Shown piece after piece: positions 25,981 through 35,115 of a DNA stretch of 50,420 nt. The stretch is taken from NCBI GenBank assembly GCA_046728055.1, contig JBKPDU010000018.1, positions 1 to 50,420 of the forward strand. Reading direction: 5' to 3'. The position numbers and the translations under genes are program-made. Each line of letters opens with the position of its first letter. The first letter of the stretch is position 1. Source of the DNA: Actinomycetota bacterium (GTDB lineage Bacteria > Actinomycetota > UBA4738 > HRBIN12). Below the pieces are notes generated by a model, which saw only the letters and a list, made by a program, of their open reading frames with translations, did no database searches and was not told where the DNA came from.

Positions 25981-28149
25981 CTAATGCTGCCACGTTCGGT
26001 CCACGCTCGATGACGGCTTCAACGTCCCCTTGCGGAACGCCCCCGCCATCAGCCCGTCGAACCCGTCCCGGTCCAGACGGAACGCCCGCACGGGGGTCCT
26101 GGCCACCACGCTCGCGGTCCGAGGGACCTTCCGCAAGAGCGCGATCTCACCGAAGTGGGCTCCTGGACCCAGGGTCCGTACGAGCGTGCCGTCCTGGAGC
26201 ACCTCGACCTGCCCGGAGCCGATGGCGTAGAACGCGTCGCCGGCCTCGCCCTGCTCCAGGATCGCTTCGCCGGGAGCCACGTTCACCCATCGACCGTGCT
26301 CGAGGATCTCGGACAGCTCGTCGGGCTCGAGCGCAGCGAAGGCGGGCAGCGTGCGGAGCTCGGCCACGGCTTCGAGCGTCGGAGCGAACGCCGGGACGTG
26401 GACCATGTCGGCGAGCAGGCGCTCGAACGTGCTCTTGTCGATCTCGAATACCTGGGCGTCCTCGATGACCTCGACCGTGGCCGTTCTCGGCGCCGCCTCC
26501 GCCAGTCCGAGCTCGCCGAAGGACTCGCCGGGGCCAAGGACCCGGAGGACCCTTCGGTCTCCAGTTGCACGATCCTCCTCCACGACTTGGAGTGTGCCCC
26601 GGCGAACGACGTAGAAGGCCTGGGCTCGGTCCCCCTGTCGGACCACGGGCTTGCCCGCCGGAAACGCATGGAGCCGGACACGTCCTGCGAGGTCGGAGAG
26701 CACGTCCTCGGGCAGCTCCTCGAGGATCGGGAGCCGGTCGATGAGGTTGGCCGCCTCGACCCTCCACGACGTCTCCAGGCGAAACCGGACCTGCTCCCAC
26801 ACACCACGGAGCCTCCGAAAAAGCGCACGCGCCAGTGCGATCAGGCCCCGCAGGAGAGGACCGGTGACGAAGACCATAAGGGCAAGCAGCAGGACGCGGC
26901 CCACGACCCCGCCGTTCCACAGTTTGCCTACCAGGCCGCCGAAGATCTCCCGCCAGAAGTAGAAGGAGGTCGCGAAGGCGAAGATCGAGAACGCCACGCC
27001 GAGCGTCCCGTACAGGCCCAGACCGGCCTCCTGTTTGGAGAACCGCTCCCGTGCCCGGAGCTTCCGCCACAGGTCGTACCGGATGAACTGGAGCGACATC
27101 GGCCGAAGGTCGGGCACCTGGATCAGGTCGGACAGGATCCAGTACCCGTCGAGCTCCAAAAGTGGAACCAGGTTGAGGAAGATCACGAAGTAGTTCAGGA
27201 GGGCGAACTTGTACAGAACCGGCGCCACGATCGACCCGGGGAACGCCCACACGATCGCTGCCGCCGCACCGGCGATGATGAGCTCAGCATAGGGACCGGC
27301 GAACGACTGCACGATCCTGTGGCGGCGCTCCATCATCAGCCCGTCGGAGGAATCGACGAAGAAGGCCGGCGCACCGAAGTAGATCATGAAGCCGGCGCTC
27401 TTCACCCGCCGTCCGTAGTGCACCAGGACGGTGGCGTGGGCCAGCTCGTGGGTGAACGTGAGGAAGTAGTTCAGGGCCAGGATGATGAGCGAGGCCGCCG
27501 CCGCCGACTGGGCGCCGATGCCGAACCGGCCGGAGCGGTACACGGCGATGAACGCGACGAATCCGACGATCGCGATCAATCCCACCGGCACAGCCACCCA
27601 CCCCTTGAAGAACCATCGCAGCCCGTTCCGGTAGCTCCAGTCCACCATCCGATGAGCCCCGGCCCACTCCACCGACAGGGTCCGGACGAACTGCTGGGCC
27701 TTTCGCCGGCCGGTCGACGACGGCTTCAGCGCCCGCCGGACGATCGCGTCGGAATCGACGAACCTCGTCTCCAGGAAGTTGCCCACCCGCAATTGGCGCA
27801 CGAGGTCGATGACGCCGGAGAGCTCCAGGTCGCCCGACTCCCGGAACCGTTCGACCACGATCTCCCGTACGGTCCTCGACCCGTCCATGAGCGACAGCAG
27901 CTCGACCTCACCCGGCTCCAGTCGGTAGTGCAGCAGGTCCCTGGGGTTGGCCACGATCGCATAGTCGTTCCCCCATCGAAGGCGGAACTGCTTGACCTCC
28001 ACGTCCGCGGCAAGCTTGGGACGAAACTCCGCCGGATCGAGCTTCTCCGCCAGGTCGTCCCAAAATCCTCCTTCCCCATCCGAGGGGTGCACGGCCAGAC
28101 GATCGGAGACGGTCCGCCACAGGCCGCTCGGGGACCGGACGGTCGTCAC
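25981..28149 (-). CDS. Membrane M50 (site-2 protease) metalloprotease fused to an N-terminal PqqD/RRE-like domain and two C-terminal cyclic-nucleotide-binding domains
   Basis: 722 aa. HELAH at aa 234-238 within a TM helix, and NLVPLLELDG at aa 326-335 (S2P signature). About 7 hydrophobic helices between aa 185 and 440. cNMP motifs FGELGLAEAAPRTATV and FGEIALLRKVPRTASV. aa ~45-127 (AIVANPRDLLHYRLEPGEVELLSLMDGSRTVREIV...VIDLVRQLRVGNFLE) fit the PqqD pattern. The GTG start overlaps the upstream TGA. Confidence 0.8.
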   Translation of the reverse strand: MTTVRSPSGLWRTVSDRLAVHPSDGEGGFWDDLAEKLDPAEFRPKLAADVEVKQFRLRWGNDYAIVANPRDLLHYRLEPGEVELLSLMDGSRTVREIVVERFRESGDLELSGVIDLVRQLRVGNFLETRFVDSDAIVRRALKPSSTGRRKAQQFVRTLSVEWAGAHRMVDWSYRNGLRWFFKGWVAVPVGLIAIVGFVAFIAVYRSGRFGIGAQSAAAASLIILALNYFLTFTHELAHATVLVHYGRRVKSAGFMIYFGAPAFFVDSSDGLMMERRHRIVQSFAGPYAELIIAGAAAAIVWAFPGSIVAPVLYKFALLNYFVIFLNLVPLLELDGYWILSDLIQVPDLRPMSLQFIRYDLWRKLRARERFSKQEAGLGLYGTLGVAFSIFAFATSFYFWREIFGGLVGKLWNGGVVGRVLLLALMVFVTGPLLRGLIALARALFRRLRGVWEQVRFRLETSWRVEAANLIDRLPILEELPEDVLSDLAGRVRLHAFPAGKPVVRQGDRAQAFYVVRRGTLQVVEEDRATGDRRVLRVLGPGESFGELGLAEAAPRTATVEVIEDAQVFEIDKSTFERLLADMVHVPAFAPTLEAVAELRTLPAFAALEPDELSEILEHGRWVNVAPGEAILEQGEAGDAFYAIGSGQVEVLQDGTLVRTLGPGAHFGEIALLRKVPRTASVVARTPVRAFRLDRDGFDGLMAGAFRKGTLKPSSSVDRTWQH

Positions 28150-28865
28150 GGAGCGGGGCTCTGGGCCTGGCGCTCCTCGTCGATCCGTCGCTGGATGGAG
28201 GAGTACACGGACAAGCGAAGCGGCGGCCGCCGGCTGGAGGCGAACAGGTTCCCCAGGAACGCCCCACCGAGCAGCGCGATGCAGACCGTGGCGATCACCG
28301 TCCCCCAGGAAACGCCGCCACCGTCCTTCGGGACCTGGAGCGAACGGGTCACGGATGCCGTGAGCCCCCGATCATCGGTGGCGGCGAACCGGAACCGCGC
28401 GTCGGAAGGGATCGAGCGCAGGACGTCGGCCGTCGCGGCAAGCGACAGGTTCGCGCCCCCCGTCGTCACGACGACCTCGGCCCCGCTCATCTGGAGGTAG
28501 GAGCCGGCCACCAGGCCCCCGGTCCCGGCGAGGACTTCCTGGTCGCCGATGGCCAGTTTCTGGTCCTCGACGTCGTACGTGACGGTCTCGACCGCTTGAC
28601 CTCCGATGAGCAAAGAGAGGTCGAGTTCGTGCAGTCCCAGCCACCCACCGACCTCGGCCGCGTCGATCCGAAGCACCAGCCGGGATCCGAGTGCGAGGGC
28701 CCCGGAGGCGCTTCCTCCGACCGTGGGGCCCTCCGTCACCGCTCCTGCCGGTGCACCAGCCACGCCGAGCGCGATGGCGGATCCCATCAACGCTGCTGCG
28801 GCCCGAGCCCCTCGCTTCCACTTCACGGCCGGGCCATCTTCGTTCCGCTCACCTGGCCATGGCAA
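28146..28865 (-). CDS. Exported protein with N-terminal signal peptide and C-terminal transmembrane anchor plus a basic cytoplasmic tail
   Basis: 239 aa. Signal region KWKRGARAAAALMGSAIALGVAGAPAGA, a Gly/Val/Thr-rich beta-like ectodomain, TM WGTVIATVCIALLGGAFLGNLF, and tail ASSRRPPLRLSVYSSIQRRIDEERQ. Its stop overlaps the M50 gene start (GTGA). Confidence 0.6.
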   Translation of the reverse strand: MPWPGERNEDGPAVKWKRGARAAAALMGSAIALGVAGAPAGAVTEGPTVGGSASGALALGSRLVLRIDAAEVGGWLGLHELDLSLLIGGQAVETVTYDVEDQKLAIGDQEVLAGTGGLVAGSYLQMSGAEVVVTTGGANLSLAATADVLRSIPSDARFRFAATDDRGLTASVTRSLQVPKDGGGVSWGTVIATVCIALLGGAFLGNLFASSRRPPLRLSVYSSIQRRIDEERQAQSPAP

Positions 28866-28897
28866 CAGGTCGTCCAGAACCCAACCCGCCCCCGAGA

Positions 28898-28913
28898 CGT
28901 GACGGATGGCACA
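28898..28913. promoter_or_regulatory. CRP-like box (8/10) in the divergent region upstream of the M50 operon
   Basis: CGTGACGGATGGCACA. It lies 33-48 nt upstream of the first possible start of the 28865 gene and about 92-107 nt upstream of the divergent 29005 ORF. Confidence 0.35.
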
Positions 28914-29004
28914 GGAGGTCGGTGGCTCCGGTCACCGAAGTGTTCCCGGCTCATCCCCTAGCCTTCGTCCGTCCGGAAGCAACGACACGCAGGAGGCGAT
29001 CGAG

Positions 29005-29175
29005 ATGCTGACGGGAGAGATGGCGAAGTACCGGATCGACGATCGGGTCCGCGCAGCCCAGGCGGACCGGCTGGCCAGGTCGACCCGGGCGGGCCGGGCC
29101 GCAAACGCCAGAGGTGGCGTCAGGCGCATCGGGACCGCGATCGCGGCCGCGCTCATGTGGCCGATCAGGCACTGA
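29005..29175 (+). CDS. Small hypothetical protein (56 aa), Arg/Ala-rich with a short hydrophobic C-terminus
   Basis: AGGAGG lies 8 nt before ATG 29005. Sequence is MLTGEMAKYRIDDRVRAAQADRLARSTRAG..IGTAIAAALMWPIRH. The upstream part of track ORF 28906.. is unlikely to be coding. Confidence 0.45.
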   Translation: MLTGEMAKYRIDDRVRAAQADRLARSTRAGRAANARGGVRRIGTAIAAALMWPIRH

Positions 29176-29217
29176 GAGGCGACAGCGGACCCCCTGGTAT
29201 GTCGGCGCGAAGGCTCC

Positions 29218-30084
29218 TCACCGCCTGCCCACTACCACCCGAGTCACCTTGAGCTCGCCGCCGGCGGTGCTCCGCACGTCGCGCAGGCCGCGCCGGCGGA
29301 CCACGGTGGCTGCGGCTCGCGCCCGATCCGGGCTCACCTCGATCAGCAGCCACCCGCCCGGCTTCAACCACTCCCCGGCTTCGGCGGCGGCGCGATCGAT
29401 CAGTCCCAGCCCGTCGAGGCTGTTGTCGGTGAGCGTGTGTGCGGGCTCGAACCGCCGGATCTCATCGGGAAGCTCTCGGAGCTCCCGCCGTCCCACGTAC
29501 GGCGGATGAAAGGTGATGACGTCGACCTTGCCCTTGATCTCCCTGGGCAGGCCGCCGAACAGGTCGCCGGTCAGGAACGTCGCTCGAAGCTTCAACCGGG
29601 CGGCGTTCTGCCTGGCAATGCGGATGGCCCGCGCCGACAGGTCGGTGCCGAACACCTTCACGCCGCGCGTCTCGTTGGCCACCGCGAGGGCCACCGTTCC
29701 ACCACCCGTGGCCAGGTCCACGGCGATCGCTCGTCGGCGACCTCGCAACCGTCGAACGGCTTGCTCCGCAAGGAACTCGGTGGAGTCGCGAGGGACGAAC
29801 ACGCCGGGTTTGGCGATCAGTTGGATCCCCCGAAACTCCGCGAATCCCTCGATGAACTGGATCGGCTCGCCCGTGCCCCGTCGAGCCACCATCGCCCGGA
29901 ACCGCGTGGCGGCCCGCGCCGGGACCTCGTCCTCGGGATCGAGGTCGTCGACATCGACGCCCATGGCGAACGCCAGCAGCTCCTCGGATTCGATCTCTTC
30001 GCGGTCGCTCTGCCAGTGGTCGATGGCCGGCGACGCCTTGAGGGTCTTCACCGCCCGGTCCAGGAGTTCCTTCGCCTTGGCCAT
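29218..30084 (-). CDS. HemK/PrmC-related (glutamine-N5-type) methyltransferase with an atypical HPPY motif
   Basis: 288 aa. SAM motif AVDLATGGGTVALAVA; motif IV reads DVITFHPPYV instead of NPPY; a PrmC-like downstream segment EPAHTLTDNSLDGLGLI....LKPGGWLLIE. Confidence 0.65.
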   Translation of the reverse strand: MAKAKELLDRAVKTLKASPAIDHWQSDREEIESEELLAFAMGVDVDDLDPEDEVPARAATRFRAMVARRGTGEPIQFIEGFAEFRGIQLIAKPGVFVPRDSTEFLAEQAVRRLRGRRRAIAVDLATGGGTVALAVANETRGVKVFGTDLSARAIRIARQNAARLKLRATFLTGDLFGGLPREIKGKVDVITFHPPYVGRRELRELPDEIRRFEPAHTLTDNSLDGLGLIDRAAAEAGEWLKPGGWLLIEVSPDRARAAATVVRRRGLRDVRSTAGGELKVTRVVVGRR

Positions 30085-30114
30085 CGCCGACGCATCCTAC
30101 CCACCGCGCTGTGC

Positions 30115-30143
30115 ACTGACCGGCGACACTCGGCGGCTACAAT
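30115..30143 (+). promoter_or_regulatory. Putative sigma-70-type promoter giving a near-leaderless transcript for the Cpn10-like gene
   Basis: ACTGAC (-35-like), a 17-nt spacer, then TACAAT at 30138-30143. The ATG at 30153 is only 9 nt after the hexamer, and no SD is present. Confidence 0.35.
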
Positions 30144-30152
30144 CGCGTCGAG

Positions 30153-30518
30153 ATGCCCCGCCAGGCCAGCCCCCCCTCCGTGCGCAGGAAGAAGCGGTCG
30201 CCGAAGGAGGACGTCCGGCTCACGGGGGATCGGATCGTCGTCCGCAACCCCGATGACGCCGAGCGCCAGACTCGCGCGGGCCTGTTGATCCCGGCCACGG
30301 CCGTCCCCGCCCCCAAGCGTTGCCTGTGGTCCTCGGTCGTCCTGGTCGGGCCCGACGTTCGGGCGGTCAAGGCCGGCGACCGCATCCTGTTCCTCCCGCA
30401 GTCCGGCTTGGAGGTCGAGCTGAACGGCGAGGAGTTCCTCCTGCTTCGGGAACGCGACGTTCAGGCCGTGGCCTCGCCCATGGACGGCCAGGAGCGCACC
30501 CCCGGGCAGTACCTGTAG
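30153..30518 (+). CDS. Divergent Cpn10/GroES-family protein with a basic N-terminal extension
   Basis: 121 aa. LTGDRIVVRNPDDAERQTRAGLLIPATA....VVLVGPDVRAVKAGDRILF...EVELNGEEFLLLRERDVQAV follows the GroES pattern (hxPLxDRVhV...GhhhP). It is not adjacent to groEL. Confidence 0.6.
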   Translation: MPRQASPPSVRRKKRSPKEDVRLTGDRIVVRNPDDAERQTRAGLLIPATAVPAPKRCLWSSVVLVGPDVRAVKAGDRILFLPQSGLEVELNGEEFLLLRERDVQAVASPMDGQERTPGQYL

Positions 30519-30548
30519 ACACTCAGGAGGAGCGCGCCGACCCGTTTG

Positions 30549-30959
30549 CTATGCTGGGAGGACCGCGACCCGCACGTGGCGTCGATCGTTGTCCCGGTTC
30601 GGATCCACGATCACGATGCTCTGCCACGTTCCCAGCACCAGCTCACCGCGGTCGACCGGCAGCACCAATGACGGGGAGACGAGCGCGGGCAGGAGGTGGT
30701 CGCCTCCGTGCCCTCGCGCTCCGTGCCGGTGCGTGTACCGCTCGTCCTTGGGGAGGACCCGTTCGAGCAACTCTTCGAGATCGGCCTCAGAGCCCGAGCC
30801 CGTCTCCATCAGGGCCAGGCCCGCCGTCGCGTGCGGCAGGAAGACGTGGGCCAGGCCGCTCTCGCTGCCCTCCGCGACGAACCCCCGGACACGCGAGGTG
30901 ATGTCCAGGATCAGCCTCCCTCCTGTGTCGACCTCGAACTCCGTGACTCGCATGCTCAA
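30549..30959 (-). CDS. yjbQ: YjbQ/UPF0047-family protein (secondary thiamine-phosphate synthase family)
   Basis: 136 aa. LDITSRVRGFV, HATAGLALMET, HGGDHLLPAL and LGTWQSIVIVD. Confidence 0.75.
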   Translation of the reverse strand: MSMRVTEFEVDTGGRLILDITSRVRGFVAEGSESGLAHVFLPHATAGLALMETGSGSEADLEELLERVLPKDERYTHRHGARGHGGDHLLPALVSPSLVLPVDRGELVLGTWQSIVIVDPNRDNDRRHVRVAVLPA

Positions 30960-31027
30960 GCGGCCCAGGCGAGCGTGGTCATCGCCCCCTCTTGACGATT
31001 ACCTGTAATCCTGTAATCATCGGCCTC

Positions 31028-31555
31028 ATGCGAGGCTCAGCGCACGCTTCAGAAGAGGAATTGACGGGCTGGTTCGCCGGGCGGCTGCCCGCTGAGTGGT
31101 TCGCGGAGCCACCCGAGGTGTCCACCGATCGGGAGGAGATCCTGGTGGTGGGGACGCTCTCCGAGCCCGCGTTGGCGGAAGACGCGACTCCCGAGGCGGT
31201 GGGCGCAGCTCGGGCCGCCAGGATCGACGGCTTTCGCGAGGACACGCGGGCCCAGCGGATGCGGATCGCCGACGAGGCGCAGGGCCGGTTCGGCCGACGG
31301 GTCTCGTGGGGCTCGCGATGCGGCGACCTGACCAGGCTGTTCACCACGGTCTCGGTCCCGGCGATGACCCGGCTTCGGATGCCGGAGCGACGGGTCCTGG
31401 ACACGCTGGTGGATGCGGGCGTGGCTCGTTCGCGCAGCCACGCGCTGGCCTGGTGCGTGCGCCTGGTGTCCGAGAAGCAGGACGATTGGTTGAAGGACCT
31501 TCGACAGGCCCTCACCGAGGTGGAGAAGGTTCGTTCGGAGGGCCCGAAGACCTGA
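31028..31555 (+). CDS. Hypothetical protein with a possible C-terminal ribbon-helix-helix-like segment
   Basis: ATG 31028 (MRGSAHASEEELTGWFAG..). The C-terminal part is RRVLDTLVDAGVARSRSHALAWCVRLV. Coding-like composition. Confidence 0.5.
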   Translation: MRGSAHASEEELTGWFAGRLPAEWFAEPPEVSTDREEILVVGTLSEPALAEDATPEAVGAARAARIDGFREDTRAQRMRIADEAQGRFGRRVSWGSRCGDLTRLFTTVSVPAMTRLRMPERRVLDTLVDAGVARSRSHALAWCVRLVSEKQDDWLKDLRQALTEVEKVRSEGPKT

Positions 31556-31562
31556 GCACGAG

Positions 31563-31757
31563 TCACTCCTGGCCCAGGCCCATGCGATAGACGCGTTCGC
31601 CGCGGACGTGATCCCGAAGCACGACCTCCTCGACACCGTTCTCATGGAGGTCGCGCCACGCCGTGCTGAGCCATTCCTCGGCCGAATCGGGATCGGGGAA
31701 CGGCTGCGAGTGCCCGAGCTCGCCGCCGCTCGCGTCGATGTAGATCCACTGGAACAT
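31563..31757 (-). CDS. Small hypothetical protein (64 aa)
   Basis: MFQWIYIDASGGELGHSQPFPDPDSAEEWLSTAWRDLHENGVEEVVLRD... Balanced acidic composition and high GC3. Confidence 0.5.
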   Translation of the reverse strand: MFQWIYIDASGGELGHSQPFPDPDSAEEWLSTAWRDLHENGVEEVVLRDHVRGERVYRMGLGQE

Positions 31758-31806
31758 CCGGGCGAAGCCTAGTGCACGCCGGCTCGCGGATGCCGCGAGG
31801 TCCGGT

Positions 31807-32211
31807 CTATCCGGCGGTCACGTCGAGTTCGCGTTCCAGTGCCGCTCGCTCTTCGTCGGTGAGCGGACGAGACGTGCCGGTCGACGGGTCCCTGGCCACC
31901 ACCACCGATCGGGCCTCCGCGGACACGGTCCCATCGAGCTTGGCCACGACCTCCTGGGTCCTCACGCTCGCTCGTCCGATCGAATCCAGGCGGCAGCTCA
32001 CCAGGACCTCAGCGTCGTCCTGCGTGAGCTCGGCCCGGTAGTCGATGGCCACCCGAGCAAGAACGAAGTCCCACGTGTTGGTGATCGGCCCCAGCACCTT
32101 CTGCACCAGCGCGTCGCGGGCTTCCTCGAGGTAGTTCAGGTACACGGCGTTGTTCAAGTGGCCGTACGCATCCATGTCTCGCCACCGGATCCTGATCCGC
32201 ACCTCGTGCAT
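31807..32211 (-). CDS. Acyl-CoA thioesterase, hotdog fold (4HBT/YbgC-like)
   Basis: ATG 32211 (MHEVRIRIRWRDMDAYGHLNNAVYLNYLEEAR), the typical 4HBT N-terminus. The start shares one base with the upstream TGA. Confidence 0.75.
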   Translation of the reverse strand: MHEVRIRIRWRDMDAYGHLNNAVYLNYLEEARDALVQKVLGPITNTWDFVLARVAIDYRAELTQDDAEVLVSCRLDSIGRASVRTQEVVAKLDGTVSAEARSVVVARDPSTGTSRPLTDEERAALERELDVTAG

Positions 32212-32438
32212 CAGGAGCCCTCGATCCGGTCGACCTGCACGCCCTGCTCGGCCAACCAGCTCACGGCCCCGGCCAAGGACTCCTCGCTCCCCTCGATCTC
32301 CAGGATCACCCACGCATGACCCTCATCGATGTTGGCCCGTCGGATGTTGGTGACCAGATCGAACTCCATGCCCATCCGATGGATGATGGGCTCGTCGATC
32401 AGTCGCTCGGGGAAGGTCAGGTGGAGCTTCGCCCTCAC
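32211..32438 (-). CDS. NIL-domain (ferredoxin-fold) small protein
   Basis: 75 aa: HLTFPERLIDEPIIHRMGMEFDLVTNIRRANIDEGHAWVILEIEG resembles the NIL domain of MetN C-termini. The GTG start overlaps the larE TGA. Confidence 0.6.
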   Translation of the reverse strand: MRAKLHLTFPERLIDEPIIHRMGMEFDLVTNIRRANIDEGHAWVILEIEGSEESLAGAVSWLAEQGVQVDRIEGS

Positions 32439-33271
32439 GCCGTGCCCTCCGGGTTCATGCTGCCGGAGCGGAACCCCTCGAGGTCCAGGGTCACGAAGCG
32501 ATATCCAAGGGCCTTCAGGCCCTCAACGACGTGTTCTCGGATGCCCGGCTGAGCCAGGCGGAGGACATCGTCCGGCTCGACCTCCACCCGGGCGACGTCT
32601 CCGTGCACCCGGACCCGACACTGGGCGAAGCCGAGGTCCTTCAACAACCGTTCCGCGCGTCCCACCTTCGACAGCTCCTCCACGCTGATCCTCACCCCGA
32701 ACGCGATCCTCGACGACAGGCAGGCCGACGCGGGCTTGTCCCACGTCGGGATGCCAAGGTTCCGAGCGGCCTCACGGACCTCCGCCTTGGTGAACCCCAC
32801 CTCGACCAGGGGATGGCGGATGCCGTGCTCCGCGGCCGCCCGCAGGCCCGGCCGGTAGTCCTTCAGGTCGTCGAGGTTCGCCCCCGATACGACCACGGAA
32901 GCGCCGGCGACCTCGGCCACCCGGCCGAGGACGCCATACAGCTCGGACTTGCAGTGGTAGCAGCGGTCCACGCCGTTGGCCAGATACGCCTCATCATCGG
33001 TCTCGCGGGTTCGAACGGAGCGGTGGCGGACGCCGATGACGCCTGCCACCCGGCGGGCCTCGGCGAGCTCCCCCGGCGGAAGCGACGGCGAGACCGCGGT
33101 GACCGCCAGGGCCCGGTCCCCCAAGCTCCACGCCGCGGCCGCGGCCACCAGGGTCGAGTCCGTTCCTCCCGAGTAAGCCACCACCACGCCGGGCAGCGGC
33201 TCGAACCACCGTCGGAGCCGGACCAGGTTGGTCGGGACGTTCCGATCCACCATGCGCGAGGATTGTGGCAC
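32435..33271 (-). CDS. larE: LarE-family PP-loop ATP-dependent sulfur transferase (three-Cys type)
   Basis: 278 aa. PP-loop VAYSGGTDS, CxxC in DRCYHCKSEL, and the conserved PASACLSSRI Cys. Confidence 0.75.
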   Translation of the reverse strand: MPQSSRMVDRNVPTNLVRLRRWFEPLPGVVVAYSGGTDSTLVAAAAAWSLGDRALAVTAVSPSLPPGELAEARRVAGVIGVRHRSVRTRETDDEAYLANGVDRCYHCKSELYGVLGRVAEVAGASVVVSGANLDDLKDYRPGLRAAAEHGIRHPLVEVGFTKAEVREAARNLGIPTWDKPASACLSSRIAFGVRISVEELSKVGRAERLLKDLGFAQCRVRVHGDVARVEVEPDDVLRLAQPGIREHVVEGLKALGYRFVTLDLEGFRSGSMNPEGTA

Positions 33272-33301
33272 GCGCGCCGGTTCCGAAGGGTCGCGGAGAT
33301 G

Positions 33302-33337
33302 GGACGGGCCCCGGGACCGAGGTCCCGGGGCCCGTCC
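33302..33337 (-). terminator. Perfect 17-bp GC hairpin about 80 nt downstream of groEL
   Basis: GGACGGGCCCCGGGACC-ga-GGTCCCGGGGCCCGTCC. No clear U-tract. It separates groEL from larE. Confidence 0.5.
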
Positions 33338-33418
33338 GCCGGAGAGAGGGGTTCCTGGTGTTCTTCGCCGGAGCCCCTCGATCGGTTCGAACGCCGTTCG
33401 TTGTGGTTCTGTGGCGGC

Positions 33419-35041
<1,623 letters not shown>

Positions 35042-35115
35042 CGCTTCCTCCTCCTCCTCGCTCGTGCCGCTTCGTCCGCGCGGCACCACGTCCTTGCAGT
35101 CGGGGACGCCGACCG

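Noticed and set aside
25412-33337. The two terminator hairpins (25412-25444 and 33302-33337) share the arm GGACGGGCCC / GGGCCCGTCC, which suggested a repeated REP-like element family.
   Set aside because: There are only two copies. The shared part is a 10-11-nt GC-only string whose recurrence is plausible by chance in this composition, and the loops and inner stems differ.
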